Shown here piece after piece: positions 1-8,334 of a stretch of DNA of 40,000 bases (the first letter of the stretch is position 1; each line of letters opens with the position of its first letter). Under the pieces are notes generated by a model. It was not told the origin of the DNA, searched no databases, and saw nothing but the letters and a program-made list of their open reading frames with translations. Location: sequence record OP589283.1. The stretch is one strand, 5' to 3'. Source of the stretch: Shewanella phage FishSpeaker. A program made the position numbers and the translations under genes.

Positions 1-43
1 CAACATTAACATGACGGTTCCAAGCCGTCTTTAGGGGGCTGTC

Positions 44-1384
44 ATGGGTAAACCCTTTGAACCTACTGTATCGTTATTTGATTCAATTGAATCAAAAATA
101 ATCATCCCTGATGAATTATTAGAGTCGATTAATGGGTTAGAAGCACTTGGTGATATTTCCGGTAACAAGATTTTTAAAGTCTGTGATAAACATGCCGCAT
201 TTATCGAGTTTGATAAAGAATGGGCTACCGCATTAAGAAAGTATGTGTTTAACTTCACCACTCGACGAGAAGGCGGGGTAGATTACATGGATTTCTTTGG
301 TAGTCCTTATTTAGGGTTACAAAAAATCGTATTTAAAACGGGTGACCGTAATGAATGGTTTTCCACTGTTTTTGATATTGATGAATTGGAACTTAAAAAG
401 GATATTACTGATTTAAAAATCATTGGGAAAGACTGGCATGTACTAAACGACATGTTCAACTTAACTATTCCCTATATTCTTCATCGGGTATTCCACAGTA
501 AGTTAGATGAGAAAACTAAACATCAGGCAATGAAAGATATGTTGTCAATGTATCAATACAAGTGTTTAACCAGTATTCTCAATAACGATTATCCTTGGAC
601 TGCATCTAAAGAAGTAGCGGTGGAAACGTATAACCAACTGAGTATGAAATTCGATTTAAAGAAATACGGCAGTTGGCGAGCGTTAATTGAAGCCCGCAGT
701 GAAAACATCTTGGATAAACACACTGGTATTCACTATAACACCATTGTTACTATGTCACCTGATAAAAAGGTACTCTACATGGTAGGTGACATCCAAGACC
801 GACTCCGCGGAATGATTAACGATTTAAACACCGTTTTTCATAGTGTTAAAAATAAAACGAACTTGATCAGTTTCGAAGGTAATAAAGTTACTTTAGAAGA
901 CGGTGAAGCACTTCGTTTTAATCAGAAAGAAGAACTCAAGTATAAAAACTACATTGAGCAAGTGTTGGTGGCTGAACGTGGTTTTTACAAAGAGGAATTG
1001 ATTGACTATGCTGTCAAAGATATGGGATATGCTCCACGAGACAAATTAACCTACATCATTGAAAACTTCCCTGCGTTATACAACAGCAAGAAGGGAGATG
1101 CTTACGTTAAACTGGTGGACGATATTATCGTTCATATGTTCGAGTATCTTCACGAGAAACAAGTCAATCGCATTAACCTGTATGAAGTATTGGTGAGGAT
1201 GCGTGGTATTTATAATAGTCGCCGAGGAAACACTGACGAGTTGATTTCTTTACGGGACAGAGGGGATGAACTGGTGAAAACGCTTACTGGTATTAAAACT
1301 CCTATTACTGTTACCGGGCTCCGCACTAGCTTCTTACTTTATATCGTGTTACGCACACTCACTCGGGAACATTATTCTGAGTAA
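44..1384 (+). CDS. conserved-looking phage protein of unknown function (446 aa)
   Basis: Long ORF followed 11 nt later by the next gene with an AAGAAGGAG RBS; no family motif recognised. Confidence 0.8.
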   Translation: MGKPFEPTVSLFDSIESKIIIPDELLESINGLEALGDISGNKIFKVCDKHAAFIEFDKEWATALRKYVFNFTTRREGGVDYMDFFGSPYLGLQKIVFKTGDRNEWFSTVFDIDELELKKDITDLKIIGKDWHVLNDMFNLTIPYILHRVFHSKLDEKTKHQAMKDMLSMYQYKCLTSILNNDYPWTASKEVAVETYNQLSMKFDLKKYGSWRALIEARSENILDKHTGIHYNTIVTMSPDKKVLYMVGDIQDRLRGMINDLNTVFHSVKNKTNLISFEGNKVTLEDGEALRFNQKEELKYKNYIEQVLVAERGFYKEELIDYAVKDMGYAPRDKLTYIIENFPALYNSKKGDAYVKLVDDIIVHMFEYLHEKQVNRINLYEVLVRMRGIYNSRRGNTDELISLRDRGDELVKTLTGIKTPITVTGLRTSFLLYIVLRTLTREHYSE

Positions 1385-1395
1385 GAAGGAGAATT

Positions 1396-2028
1396 ATGTA
1401 TATCGTTATAGAGGGAATAGATTGCAGCGGTAAAGATACAGTCACTGCTGCACTAATAAAAAAATTAGAAGAATTAGGACACGAGGTTGTTTCAGTTCGA
1501 GAACCCAGTGACCATAGCGAACACTGTCGTGATATTCGTAAGACATTAGAGTTTACGAAAGGATTGACAGATATTCATCGTTATCGTCTATTGATGGATG
1601 CTCGAGAGCATTTGATGCGTGAGCGTGTTTCTCCTGTGATGCGGTCGGAAAAAATGATTGTGGGTAACCGTAGCTTTATTAGTACGTTAGCTTATCAACA
1701 ATCGTTGAACAGTGACGAAGTCTTTGCCGAGAACAGAAAGCTGTTGCATCACTATGAAACCATTCCAGACTTGGTCGTTTATTTAGACATCAATCATGAA
1801 ACGTATTTAGCACGTATTCGACAACGACGTGAAGAAAAGAGTACGTTGGAAAAGTGGATAGATAAAAAAGAAAACTTTGAATCTGTCCGGGACCGATATT
1901 TAGATGTCATGTATGACAAATCGTTGTTCCGTAGTTTAGGTGGAAGTAAGTCGATAGCGTTAATGGTGCTAGACGGCGAGAAATCCATCGAAAGCTCTGT
2001 GTGTAGTATCTTGAGTCACCTGAAGTAA
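1396..2028 (+). CDS. thymidylate kinase-like deoxynucleoside monophosphate kinase
   Basis: N-terminal MYIVIEGIDCSGKDT (P-loop), REPSDHSEH, DxR motif region (GNRSFISTLAYQ) and VYLDI, as in TMK family. Confidence 0.85.
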   Translation: MYIVIEGIDCSGKDTVTAALIKKLEELGHEVVSVREPSDHSEHCRDIRKTLEFTKGLTDIHRYRLLMDAREHLMRERVSPVMRSEKMIVGNRSFISTLAYQQSLNSDEVFAENRKLLHHYETIPDLVVYLDINHETYLARIRQRREEKSTLEKWIDKKENFESVRDRYLDVMYDKSLFRSLGGSKSIALMVLDGEKSIESSVCSILSHLK

Positions 2029-2030
2029 AA

Positions 2031-2071
2031 TAATACCTCCTAGAGCCTTTGAGGGGCTCTAGGAGGTATTA
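2031..2071 (+). terminator. strong hairpin, likely terminator
   Basis: TAATACCTCCTAGAGCC ... GGCTCTAGGAGGTATTA, 17-bp perfect stem right after the kinase gene. Confidence 0.75.
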
Positions 2072-2086
2072 GTCTTATAAGGCTTA

Positions 2087-2130
2087 ATTTTTAACTTATG
2101 TTTCATTTCAGGTCTATATAACTTAGGTGA
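2087..2130 (+). promoter_or_regulatory. phage promoter-like element, copy A
   Basis: 44-bp block ATTTTTAACTTATGTTTCATTTCAGGTCTATATAACTTAGGTGA, identical to 19332-19375; core resembles the phiKZ early TATATTAC-type motif. Confidence 0.75.
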
Positions 2131-2135
2131 AATAA

Positions 2136-2158
2136 AGTACATAAATGGTTTATGTACT
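2136..2158 (+). promoter_or_regulatory. 5' leader hairpin
   Basis: AGTACATAAA TGG TTTATGTACT, perfect 10-bp inverted repeat 6 nt downstream of the promoter core. Confidence 0.6.
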
Positions 2159-2188
2159 AACCTTTATCTTAAGCCTTAGGAGGCTATT

Positions 2189-2623
2189 ATGAACGCATCA
2201 AACAATGTAAACTTAGGTCAACGTTTTTGTGAAGAAGCCATTTTCAACGAACTGTCAAAAATGTCGGTTCCCAACATGAAAGAGTTGGAGAAAGAAACAT
2301 TTAAAGGCGTGTTACGTATGGATGGTGTTGACCCTAACGGGTTCATGTTAGGCGCTGTTGTTGCAGCAACTAACGGGGTGGTAAGTCTGGGTGTAGGTGC
2401 CCTGTTAGGTGTTAACGCCGTTGGTGGGTTAAACAATCTAGCTGGTCTGGCTGTTGCTACCGTAGCTGGTGGTATTGCATCTAAGACTATCGACAACCCA
2501 ATTCATTCCTCATGGGTTGCAACTGGCGCCGGTTTAATCGGTACTCAGTTAGCTGCTCACGGGGTTGAAATGCTGCGTCGTCCAAACGAAGTAGCAGCAC
2601 CAGAATTCAACCAATACGCCTAA
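2189..2623 (+). CDS. small glycine-zipper membrane protein, C-terminus APEFNQYA
   Basis: RBS AGGAGG; repeated GxxxG/Ala/Gly hydrophobic segments; C-terminal APEFNQYA shared with 19436-20149. Confidence 0.8.
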   Translation: MNASNNVNLGQRFCEEAIFNELSKMSVPNMKELEKETFKGVLRMDGVDPNGFMLGAVVAATNGVVSLGVGALLGVNAVGGLNNLAGLAVATVAGGIASKTIDNPIHSSWVATGAGLIGTQLAAHGVEMLRRPNEVAAPEFNQYA

Positions 2624-2634
2624 TCAATAAATAG

Positions 2635-2665
2635 TTTAATAGGAGTTGTAATGACTCCTATTAAA
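2635..2665 (+). terminator. hairpin terminator
   Basis: TTTAATAGGAGT TGTAATG ACTCCTATTAAA after the stop codon. Confidence 0.65.
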
Positions 2666-2705
2666 TTTAAAAAGAAATCTTGAATTTCTTTTTTGGAGAA
2701 AAATC

Positions 2706-3371
2706 ATGGACAGTCAAGTTTATAGTTTAAACCTTACCGCTCGCTCTGAGCAAATGGAACACTCTATGCGTAGAGCAAAAGAGTTTCTAAACGGGGACAG
2801 AAACGTTCTCAAGTTAAAAGACTTTGAAGGATTAATCAATGTCCTCGAAGAACACGGTAAAGTTGTTTTAACTGAAGCCGTTGAACTGGTTGATAAATTT
2901 ACTTACTTCACTGAAGTTATTAAGACAACCTGTGTTATTACTCCTCATGAAGCGCGTGAGCGTTACATTATTGAGTTAAAAATCGACAGTATTGTTGATG
3001 GTGTAAGTTCACCATTGTTATCCAATACTGTGTTGTTCTACTCATTTAAGGATAACAGAGTACATCAAGAGATTTCTCTTGGAAATGGTGTGGTTGTTAA
3101 CTCAACGTTAAGTACTAAAGAACCAGACCAATTTGTTTCTTTGGTGAGAACCAGAGCAGCAAATGCTCAGGATTTTAACTTAAACGTTAATTTTAGGGTA
3201 GACAAATCCCTAATCGAAAGTGACCAGTTAGTAAGAGCAGCTGGTTATGATCCAGATGGGAACTTCATTTCAATCACAGGTAAAGGTAAAGTCGCCTTGA
3301 TTGAAGACTACATAGTAACCGAGTTGGGTTATTTACCACTCGATAAGGAGATGAGTAATGTCTTTAACTAA
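2706..3371 (+). CDS. hypothetical phage protein
   Basis: 221-aa ORF preceded by TTTTGGAGAAAAATC. Confidence 0.8.
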   Translation: MDSQVYSLNLTARSEQMEHSMRRAKEFLNGDRNVLKLKDFEGLINVLEEHGKVVLTEAVELVDKFTYFTEVIKTTCVITPHEARERYIIELKIDSIVDGVSSPLLSNTVLFYSFKDNRVHQEISLGNGVVVNSTLSTKEPDQFVSLVRTRAANAQDFNLNVNFRVDKSLIESDQLVRAAGYDPDGNFISITGKGKVALIEDYIVTELGYLPLDKEMSNVFN

Positions 3372-3831
3372 TCCTGTTGTAGCAATCTTTAAATTGATGT
3401 GTAACTTTTTATGGATTGACAGTAAGGTTCAAAACTGCTTTGGTGCGCCTATTGAGGATGAACGTTTCAATATTGAAAGTGTTTATCGGTCTTTTGCTAA
3501 ATCTGTTTTACAAGATTGGTACGCCCATATCTTGTTGGACGGTTACGGTAAAGTGGTGCACACCTTTACACTGGGTCAACGTTGGTTTATGGTCAACGTT
3601 GTTTTCGACCCTGAAACCAGTAAGTATCGGGTATTTACCAAAGTCAGTGGGGAACTGTTAAGTGAAGAAGAAGAACGTTTACTGGATTTCTTCGAGTGGT
3701 ATTTAAGTGTCTCATTAACTGCTGCACACGATATTGATAGAAAGTCTGGATATACTAACAGAGTCGATATCTATCAGCGTCGTAACGATAACTGGTGTGT
3801 TGGTAAGAATCGCATCATCGCACCTATCTAA
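3358..3831 (+). CDS. hypothetical phage protein
   Basis: 157-aa ORF overlapping the previous gene, RBS GATAAGGAGATG. Confidence 0.75.
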   Translation: MSLTNPVVAIFKLMCNFLWIDSKVQNCFGAPIEDERFNIESVYRSFAKSVLQDWYAHILLDGYGKVVHTFTLGQRWFMVNVVFDPETSKYRVFTKVSGELLSEEEERLLDFFEWYLSVSLTAAHDIDRKSGYTNRVDIYQRRNDNWCVGKNRIIAPI

Positions 3832-3840
3832 TGTCAACAA

Positions 3841-3876
3841 ATAACTTCACTCTATCGAAAGGTAGAGTGAAGTTAT
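3841..3876 (+). terminator. intrinsic terminator
   Basis: ATAACTTCACTCTA ... TAGAGTGAAGTTAT stem followed by T-rich sequence. Confidence 0.7.
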
Positions 3877-3936
3877 CATTTTACTTTATTTTTTTATTTC
3901 AGTAAAATTTCACCAGGACTACATTTTATAAAAAAA

Positions 3937-3957
3937 GATTAAAGATTAAAGATTAAA
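3937..3957. repeat. short tandem repeat (GATTAAA)x3
   Basis: GATTAAAGATTAAAGATTAAA. Confidence 0.9.
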
Positions 3958-4008
3958 GATATTCATTAAATTACTGTAAATAAATATCAAATCATTATTG
4001 AATATCCC

Positions 4009-4032
4009 AGGGGGTGATCCCTATTTTTTTTT
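4009..4032 (+). terminator. small intrinsic terminator-like hairpin
   Basis: AGGGG-GTGA-TCCCT stem with GNRA-type tetraloop followed by A(T)9. Confidence 0.5.
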
Positions 4033-4082
4033 AATAATTCTATTTAATATATTCCGAAGGAATAATTTTGATCTTTTTGATC

Positions 4083-4140
4083 GGTATATATCCCCCATAA
4101 AAGGATTCTATCTTTAGGGGGATATATACCTTAAGTTGTT
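4083..4140. repeat. 14-bp perfect inverted repeat with 30-nt loop
   Basis: GGTATATATCCCCC (4083-4096) / GGGGGATATATACC (4127-4140). Confidence 0.9.
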
Positions 4141-4357
4141 TGAATGAATGAATTGTTTTAAGAAATCTTACGATAAGTTGGAAAAGAATGAATAGAACAA
4201 AATTAATTATCCCCCTCCTCCTGTCGGTGGAAATATTCTTTAATGTGCTTGTAATTCATTCTAATCGATTTTTATCACCTTAACTGATAAAGTATACTGT
4301 TTAATGAAATCGTTTAATAGAGAACGATTTAGAGCGTTTATTGGAGATGTAGTAATT

Positions 4358-4750
4358 ATGGCTAAATTAAAGATTCTGAGTGCAGATTACCCTAAAACGA
4401 TTCCCGTACCCAACATGAAAAAGAATCGTCTGTTAGAACCCATTACCGTGAATTGGGTAGATAAGAATGGACTGCATAAAAAGTTCACTATCCAACAAGG
4501 TAAGCACAGTGATGGGGCAAGTATTCCCAAGATATTCTGGACGGTAATTGGTGATCCATTTAATCCTCGTTTTGCTCGAGCGGCTTGGTTCCATGATTAC
4601 ATGGCACATCGTGGTGCTGATCAGAAAGAAGTTAGTGAAGTGTTTTATCGTTTACTGTTGGAAGACGGCACTAATCGCATTAAAGCCAATCTGATGAAAT
4701 ATGCTGTCTGGATTTTTGTAAGTTTATATTACAAATTAACGAAAAGTTAA
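4358..4750 (+). CDS. DUF1353-like protein
   Basis: ITVNWVDKNG...FTIQQGKHSDGASIPKIFWTVIGDPF...AAWFHDYM resembles DUF1353; start MAKLKIL chosen because of the GGAGATG RBS. Confidence 0.7.
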   Translation: MAKLKILSADYPKTIPVPNMKKNRLLEPITVNWVDKNGLHKKFTIQQGKHSDGASIPKIFWTVIGDPFNPRFARAAWFHDYMAHRGADQKEVSEVFYRLLLEDGTNRIKANLMKYAVWIFVSLYYKLTKS

Positions 4751-4768
4751 CATTAATTAAAAATTAAA

Positions 4769-4787
4769 GTTCTATATTACTGTAGGG
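4769..4787 (+). promoter_or_regulatory. promoter-like motif embedded in an inverted repeat
   Basis: GTTCTATATTACTGTAGGG matches TCTATATTAC-TTAGG of the other copies; ATATTACTGTA (4774-4784) pairs with TACAGTAATAT (4807-4817). Confidence 0.55.
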
Positions 4788-4852
4788 AAGTTGTAAAAGA
4801 CGTTCTTACAGTAATATCACTGTTTAAACCAGCTATAGATGGAAATAATAAC

Positions 4853-5785
4853 ATGAAAAAGATTATCATTGGATATCATGGTTTTTGTATGGACGGTATT
4901 GGGTCGTTAATTGTTGCGCAACGGAAATTCGGCGTAGAAAACGTTTTCCCTGTTCCGCTAGATCACTCTAAAAAAGACGAAAGCTTTGCACGCCTAATTA
5001 AAACGATAGAAGAAAATGAAGGCGTTGTTTCTAGTTTAGCCATTTTAGATTTTGCATTTGATTTTGATATCATGAGTGAAATCGAAGATATTTGTGTGGA
5101 ACGAAATCTTGGTTTATTATTAATTGACCATCATGAAGGAATGAAAGATGAAATAAACAAATTCATCAATTATTCCGACCGTAATGGAACAGAAGTCATT
5201 TTTGATACGGGTCGTTCAGGGGCCTATTTAACGTGGGAATATTATTTTCCATCTATTCCTGTTCCTCCGTTATTGTGTTATATCGACGATGGAGACCGTT
5301 ACAAATTCAATTTACCCTCTGCTCGTGAAGTATGTGGTACATTGGTTTACTTGACCGGTAAAACAGACTATAAAGAATTAATGACTCATCTGAATAAAAC
5401 AATGGATGAGTTACTGACCTATGCCGGCCCTGAATATGGTTTTATTACGGAATATGTAAGAAAGACTGTAGACCTTTACACTGTCGGAGTCCGAACACAG
5501 GAATTAGAAATCAATGGTGAAAAACTTTCCATTATTTTGAAGCCTTGTGATTTAGCCTTTTCAAGTTTAGTGGGGGAAGCATACTACAACATTCGTACAG
5601 ACGTTAATGCAATCGTTATGTATAGTGGGGTAGGAAAAGAAGTAAACCTTTCCATTCGTTCTGGAAGTACTTTCCATGACGGATACGCTAAAAAGATAGC
5701 TCAGTATTTTGGAGGTAACGGACACCCTAATGCAGCAGGTTGTAAATTACCCCGTAAACAATTTGTAGAGTTGTTTTTAAAATAG
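4853..5785 (+). CDS. DHH/DHHA1 phosphoesterase
   Basis: N-terminal GYHGFCMDGIGS, LLLIDHHEG (DHH motif), C-terminal GGNGHPNAAG (DHHA1 motif). Confidence 0.85.
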   Translation: MKKIIIGYHGFCMDGIGSLIVAQRKFGVENVFPVPLDHSKKDESFARLIKTIEENEGVVSSLAILDFAFDFDIMSEIEDICVERNLGLLLIDHHEGMKDEINKFINYSDRNGTEVIFDTGRSGAYLTWEYYFPSIPVPPLLCYIDDGDRYKFNLPSAREVCGTLVYLTGKTDYKELMTHLNKTMDELLTYAGPEYGFITEYVRKTVDLYTVGVRTQELEINGEKLSIILKPCDLAFSSLVGEAYYNIRTDVNAIVMYSGVGKEVNLSIRSGSTFHDGYAKKIAQYFGGNGHPNAAGCKLPRKQFVELFLK

Positions 5786-5840
5786 GTATAGTTTCCTAAT
5801 AAAAAACTACAGAGTTTATCATATACCACCCTTACTGACT

Positions 5841-5870
5841 TACAGGACTCCGACATACTGGAGTCCTGTA
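5841..5870 (+). terminator. hairpin terminator
   Basis: TACAGGACTCC ... GGAGTCCTGTA followed by GTCCTTTTAT. Confidence 0.65.
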
Positions 5871-5907
5871 GTCCTTTTATGATCTAAGTTTAAATCGGAG
5901 CATTATC

Positions 5908-5952
5908 ATGTATCAACAACAAGTACAATTAACTGGTGGTTATTATGAGTGA
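5908..5952 (+). CDS. possible 14-aa upstream/leader ORF MYQQQVQLTGGYYE
   Basis: CGGAG 9 nt before ATG; stop codon overlaps the start of the next gene (ATTATGAGTGA). Confidence 0.35.
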   Translation: MYQQQVQLTGGYYE

Positions 5953-6322
5953 AGAAATAAAAGTTGCTTATTGTTTAGGTGAGGTGATCGAACTTGGAGA
6001 TGACCCCTCTAAGCATCTTGAAGAAGTAGCCGACCATTTCCAAGTTTCTATGGGGCTGCATGATTTAAGTGTTTTATTGGCGGAAGGTAAAAAACTTTCT
6101 TTAAGTAAAGTAGCACTGCAACTCCCGATGTTCGACATCGATCCAAAAATCATTATTGAATTCAACATTAAAGAGTTTGATGTTCAAATTCTTAAAGGTA
6201 ATGAATACCCTGATGGTAGTTGGGAAAAGAATCTCATCGGAGTAATAATCCGCGCTGGTCATATGCTTAATGACGCTATTTCTAACAAAGTCATTATGCC
6301 GACTAATTTTACTGTACAATAA
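5945..6322 (+). CDS. hypothetical protein
   Basis: ORF starting MSEEIKVAYCLGEV. Confidence 0.7.
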   Translation: MSEEIKVAYCLGEVIELGDDPSKHLEEVADHFQVSMGLHDLSVLLAEGKKLSLSKVALQLPMFDIDPKIIIEFNIKEFDVQILKGNEYPDGSWEKNLIGVIIRAGHMLNDAISNKVIMPTNFTVQ

Positions 6323-6351
6323 TTCCACCAAACAAGTAATAGTGAGTTGTT

Positions 6352-6750
6352 ATGGAAGTAATAAAAACATTACCGGAAACCATAAGTTGTTATCTGCTCA
6401 AACCTGTTGCATTACATTTTCACGTTAATGATACTGCTAAAAAATTAATGTGTGAAGTGATTTGTCGATTTGCTAGTCGGGACGTCACGTTAAAGTTACC
6501 CCCTATGGAAATCACCCCTAATAAAAGAAACGTTATCAGGCTCGGAGGGATTCAAACATTACCAGAAGACATCAATGTTTTCACAGTGTATTTGAAAATC
6601 TTCGATGAAAATAACGTCGGTGTTAAAATGAAAACAAAAGTTAGAGTAGCTCGCAATATCAATATGCAAGCTTACATTAACTTAAACAAACCGGGTACTC
6701 GAGCCCATTATCTAACCATCCCAGAACACAACTGGGATATAACACAATAA
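6352..6750 (+). CDS. hypothetical protein
   Basis: 132-aa ORF in operon spacing. Confidence 0.7.
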   Translation: MEVIKTLPETISCYLLKPVALHFHVNDTAKKLMCEVICRFASRDVTLKLPPMEITPNKRNVIRLGGIQTLPEDINVFTVYLKIFDENNVGVKMKTKVRVARNINMQAYINLNKPGTRAHYLTIPEHNWDITQ

Positions 6751-6776
6751 TTTTACCAAATCTGTCGGAGGTCACC

Positions 6777-7349
6777 ATGAACTGGATGACAAATAAACCC
6801 TTCCCTAAATCAGGCAGTATCAACGAGGATACTGATGACCGTTGTGAACACGTTGAAAAAGATCCTAGTTTAGCACATTGGATTTTTGAAGAACACGACT
6901 CTTGGGGTGTAGTCGGTCGTTACGTTGCGTGTTGTGAATGTAAAGTCGCTCATAAAGAAGCAGAAGAAAACGAAGAAGAACCCTGCTATGATTGCGGTGG
7001 ACTATTTAAGAATAAAGACCTGCGCCATTGGAGAGGGTTTTATTTTGATGCAAAGGCTGGTGAAGAACCTCTGCTTATTTGTAAATCGTGTTGTGAGAAA
7101 GAAAAACATAAAAAGCGTATTGAGCAGTATAAATACGATGAAGAACAAGAACGTCTTAATGACGACGAAGACGACTTAGATTGGGGGGACGATTATTACG
7201 AGGATGACCCTTCAGACCACGAGTTCTTTGATGAGAGCGAGGATGACTTTCAAACTCATCTTAATCAAGATATTGAAAAAAGCATGCTGGAAGAACAGTC
7301 AGCTACCGCCTCTGATTTCCTACAAGATGAACTTGCCAGTAAAGAGTAA
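6777..7349 (+). CDS. Cys-rich (putative zinc-binding) protein with highly acidic C-terminal half
   Basis: CCEC, CYDCGG and CKSCC clusters, then NDDEDDLDWGDDYYEDDPSDHEFFDESEDDF; RBS GGAGG. Confidence 0.75.
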   Translation: MNWMTNKPFPKSGSINEDTDDRCEHVEKDPSLAHWIFEEHDSWGVVGRYVACCECKVAHKEAEENEEEPCYDCGGLFKNKDLRHWRGFYFDAKAGEEPLLICKSCCEKEKHKKRIEQYKYDEEQERLNDDEDDLDWGDDYYEDDPSDHEFFDESEDDFQTHLNQDIEKSMLEEQSATASDFLQDELASKE

Positions 7350-7373
7350 TCTTTAACTTATGATTTAAATTAA

Positions 7374-7392
7374 GTCTATATAACCTAGGTGA
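7374..7392 (+). promoter_or_regulatory. phage promoter-like element, copy B
   Basis: GTCTATATAACCTAGGTGA, one mismatch to copies A/C; upstream TTTAACTTATG also conserved; followed by GTAAACAA AG TTGTTTAC (7398-7415). Confidence 0.75.
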
Positions 7393-7433
7393 ATAAAGTA
7401 AACAAAGTTGTTTACATAAACTAGGAGTTTGTT

Positions 7434-7529
7434 ATGGAAAAGTTTAAATCATTCGTTTTTGGTTTTATCGGAAGTTCTATCATGTTTTTCACTTTGGCTC
7501 TTACCTACGCGACGGCGAAAGGTTGGTAG
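7434..7529 (+). CDS. 31-aa membrane microprotein MEKFKSFVFGFIGSSIMFFTLALTYATAKGW
   Basis: RBS TAGGAG, ATG, single hydrophobic segment, enclosed between promoter and terminator. Confidence 0.65.
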   Translation: MEKFKSFVFGFIGSSIMFFTLALTYATAKGW

Positions 7530-7533
7530 CCCC

Positions 7534-7572
7534 CGTTAACAGGAAGCAGATGCTTCCTGTTAACGTTTTTTT
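7534..7572 (+). terminator. intrinsic terminator
   Basis: CGTTAACAGGAAGC AGAT GCTTCCTGTTAACG followed by T7. Confidence 0.9.
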
Positions 7573-7618
7573 ATACCCTATTATTATTTTTATGTTAATT
7601 GCTGCGGAAAAGTTGAAA

Positions 7619-7801
7619 ATGAAAAATACTACGTCGGAACCGGAACCAGACGAAATAAATGCACCGGAGTTTTCTTTAGATAAAGAAGAAATACCTGATG
7701 GTCTTTGTTCTTTTATTTATTTAGTGATTACATTAGCTGTTATTTTGTTTGTTATACTAATCCCTGGGGTGCGTGATGAAGTCTTTTCTTTATTTAGATA
7801 G
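7619..7801 (+). CDS. small membrane protein
   Basis: Hydrophobic LCSFIYLVITLAVILFVILIPG; start placed after the terminator (ORF-track start at 7523 runs through the hairpin); GGAAAAG RBS. Confidence 0.45.
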   Translation: MKNTTSEPEPDEINAPEFSLDKEEIPDGLCSFIYLVITLAVILFVILIPGVRDEVFSLFR

Positions 7802-8318
7802 CGATGGTGTATTAGCTGATTGGGTGTCTAAAATGATTGAGATGATTAACCACCCTGAGATTGTTTGTCAAGAAACATTAAACAAACATCCTGAACGCAG
7901 CATCTATATTCAAGAGGTATACAAGAAGAATCCGAATCTATTTGCTGAACTTAACCCCATTCCATTGGGGGTTAGTTTAGTGAACAGACTTAGAGATTTA
8001 AACATACCTTTTAAAATTCTTACTGCAATCGGGCCCGACCATCATTCCTTTGAAATTGCAAAAGAAACTAAACTACAATGGTTTAAAAACCATTTCTTAT
8101 TATCAGAAGAAGAAGTTGTTTGTGTGCCTTTATCTGAAGATAAGAAAATGTATTGTTGGGACGGGGTGGTTTTAGTTGACGACTATGAAAAGAATGTCGA
8201 AGACTGGAATGAAAATGACGGGATTGGGTTGTTGTTCAAAGAAGATGAAAGTGTTGTTTCAAACATCTTAGAACAAATTGTGATTCATCATAAAAGTTGG
8301 AATACTCAACAAATGTAA
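7776..8318 (+). CDS. HAD-superfamily 5'(3')-deoxyribonucleotidase-like
   Basis: LYLDSDGVLADW (motif I DxDG), ILTA motif II region, VLVDDYEKNVEDWNENDGIG motif IV. Confidence 0.8.
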   Translation: MKSFLYLDSDGVLADWVSKMIEMINHPEIVCQETLNKHPERSIYIQEVYKKNPNLFAELNPIPLGVSLVNRLRDLNIPFKILTAIGPDHHSFEIAKETKLQWFKNHFLLSEEEVVCVPLSEDKKMYCWDGVVLVDDYEKNVEDWNENDGIGLLFKEDESVVSNILEQIVIHHKSWNTQQM

Positions 8319-8334
8319 CGGTATAGGTGGGAGC

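Noticed and set aside
4188-4283. Possible 31-aa peptide MNRTKLIIPLLLSVEIFFNVLVIHSNRFLSP
   Set aside because: Hydrophobic and in a long gap, but RBS is weak and no promoter copy is close; not strong enough to call
7523-7618. Upstream extension of the 92-aa ORF
   Set aside because: Covers a perfect terminator hairpin with T7; translation start most likely downstream
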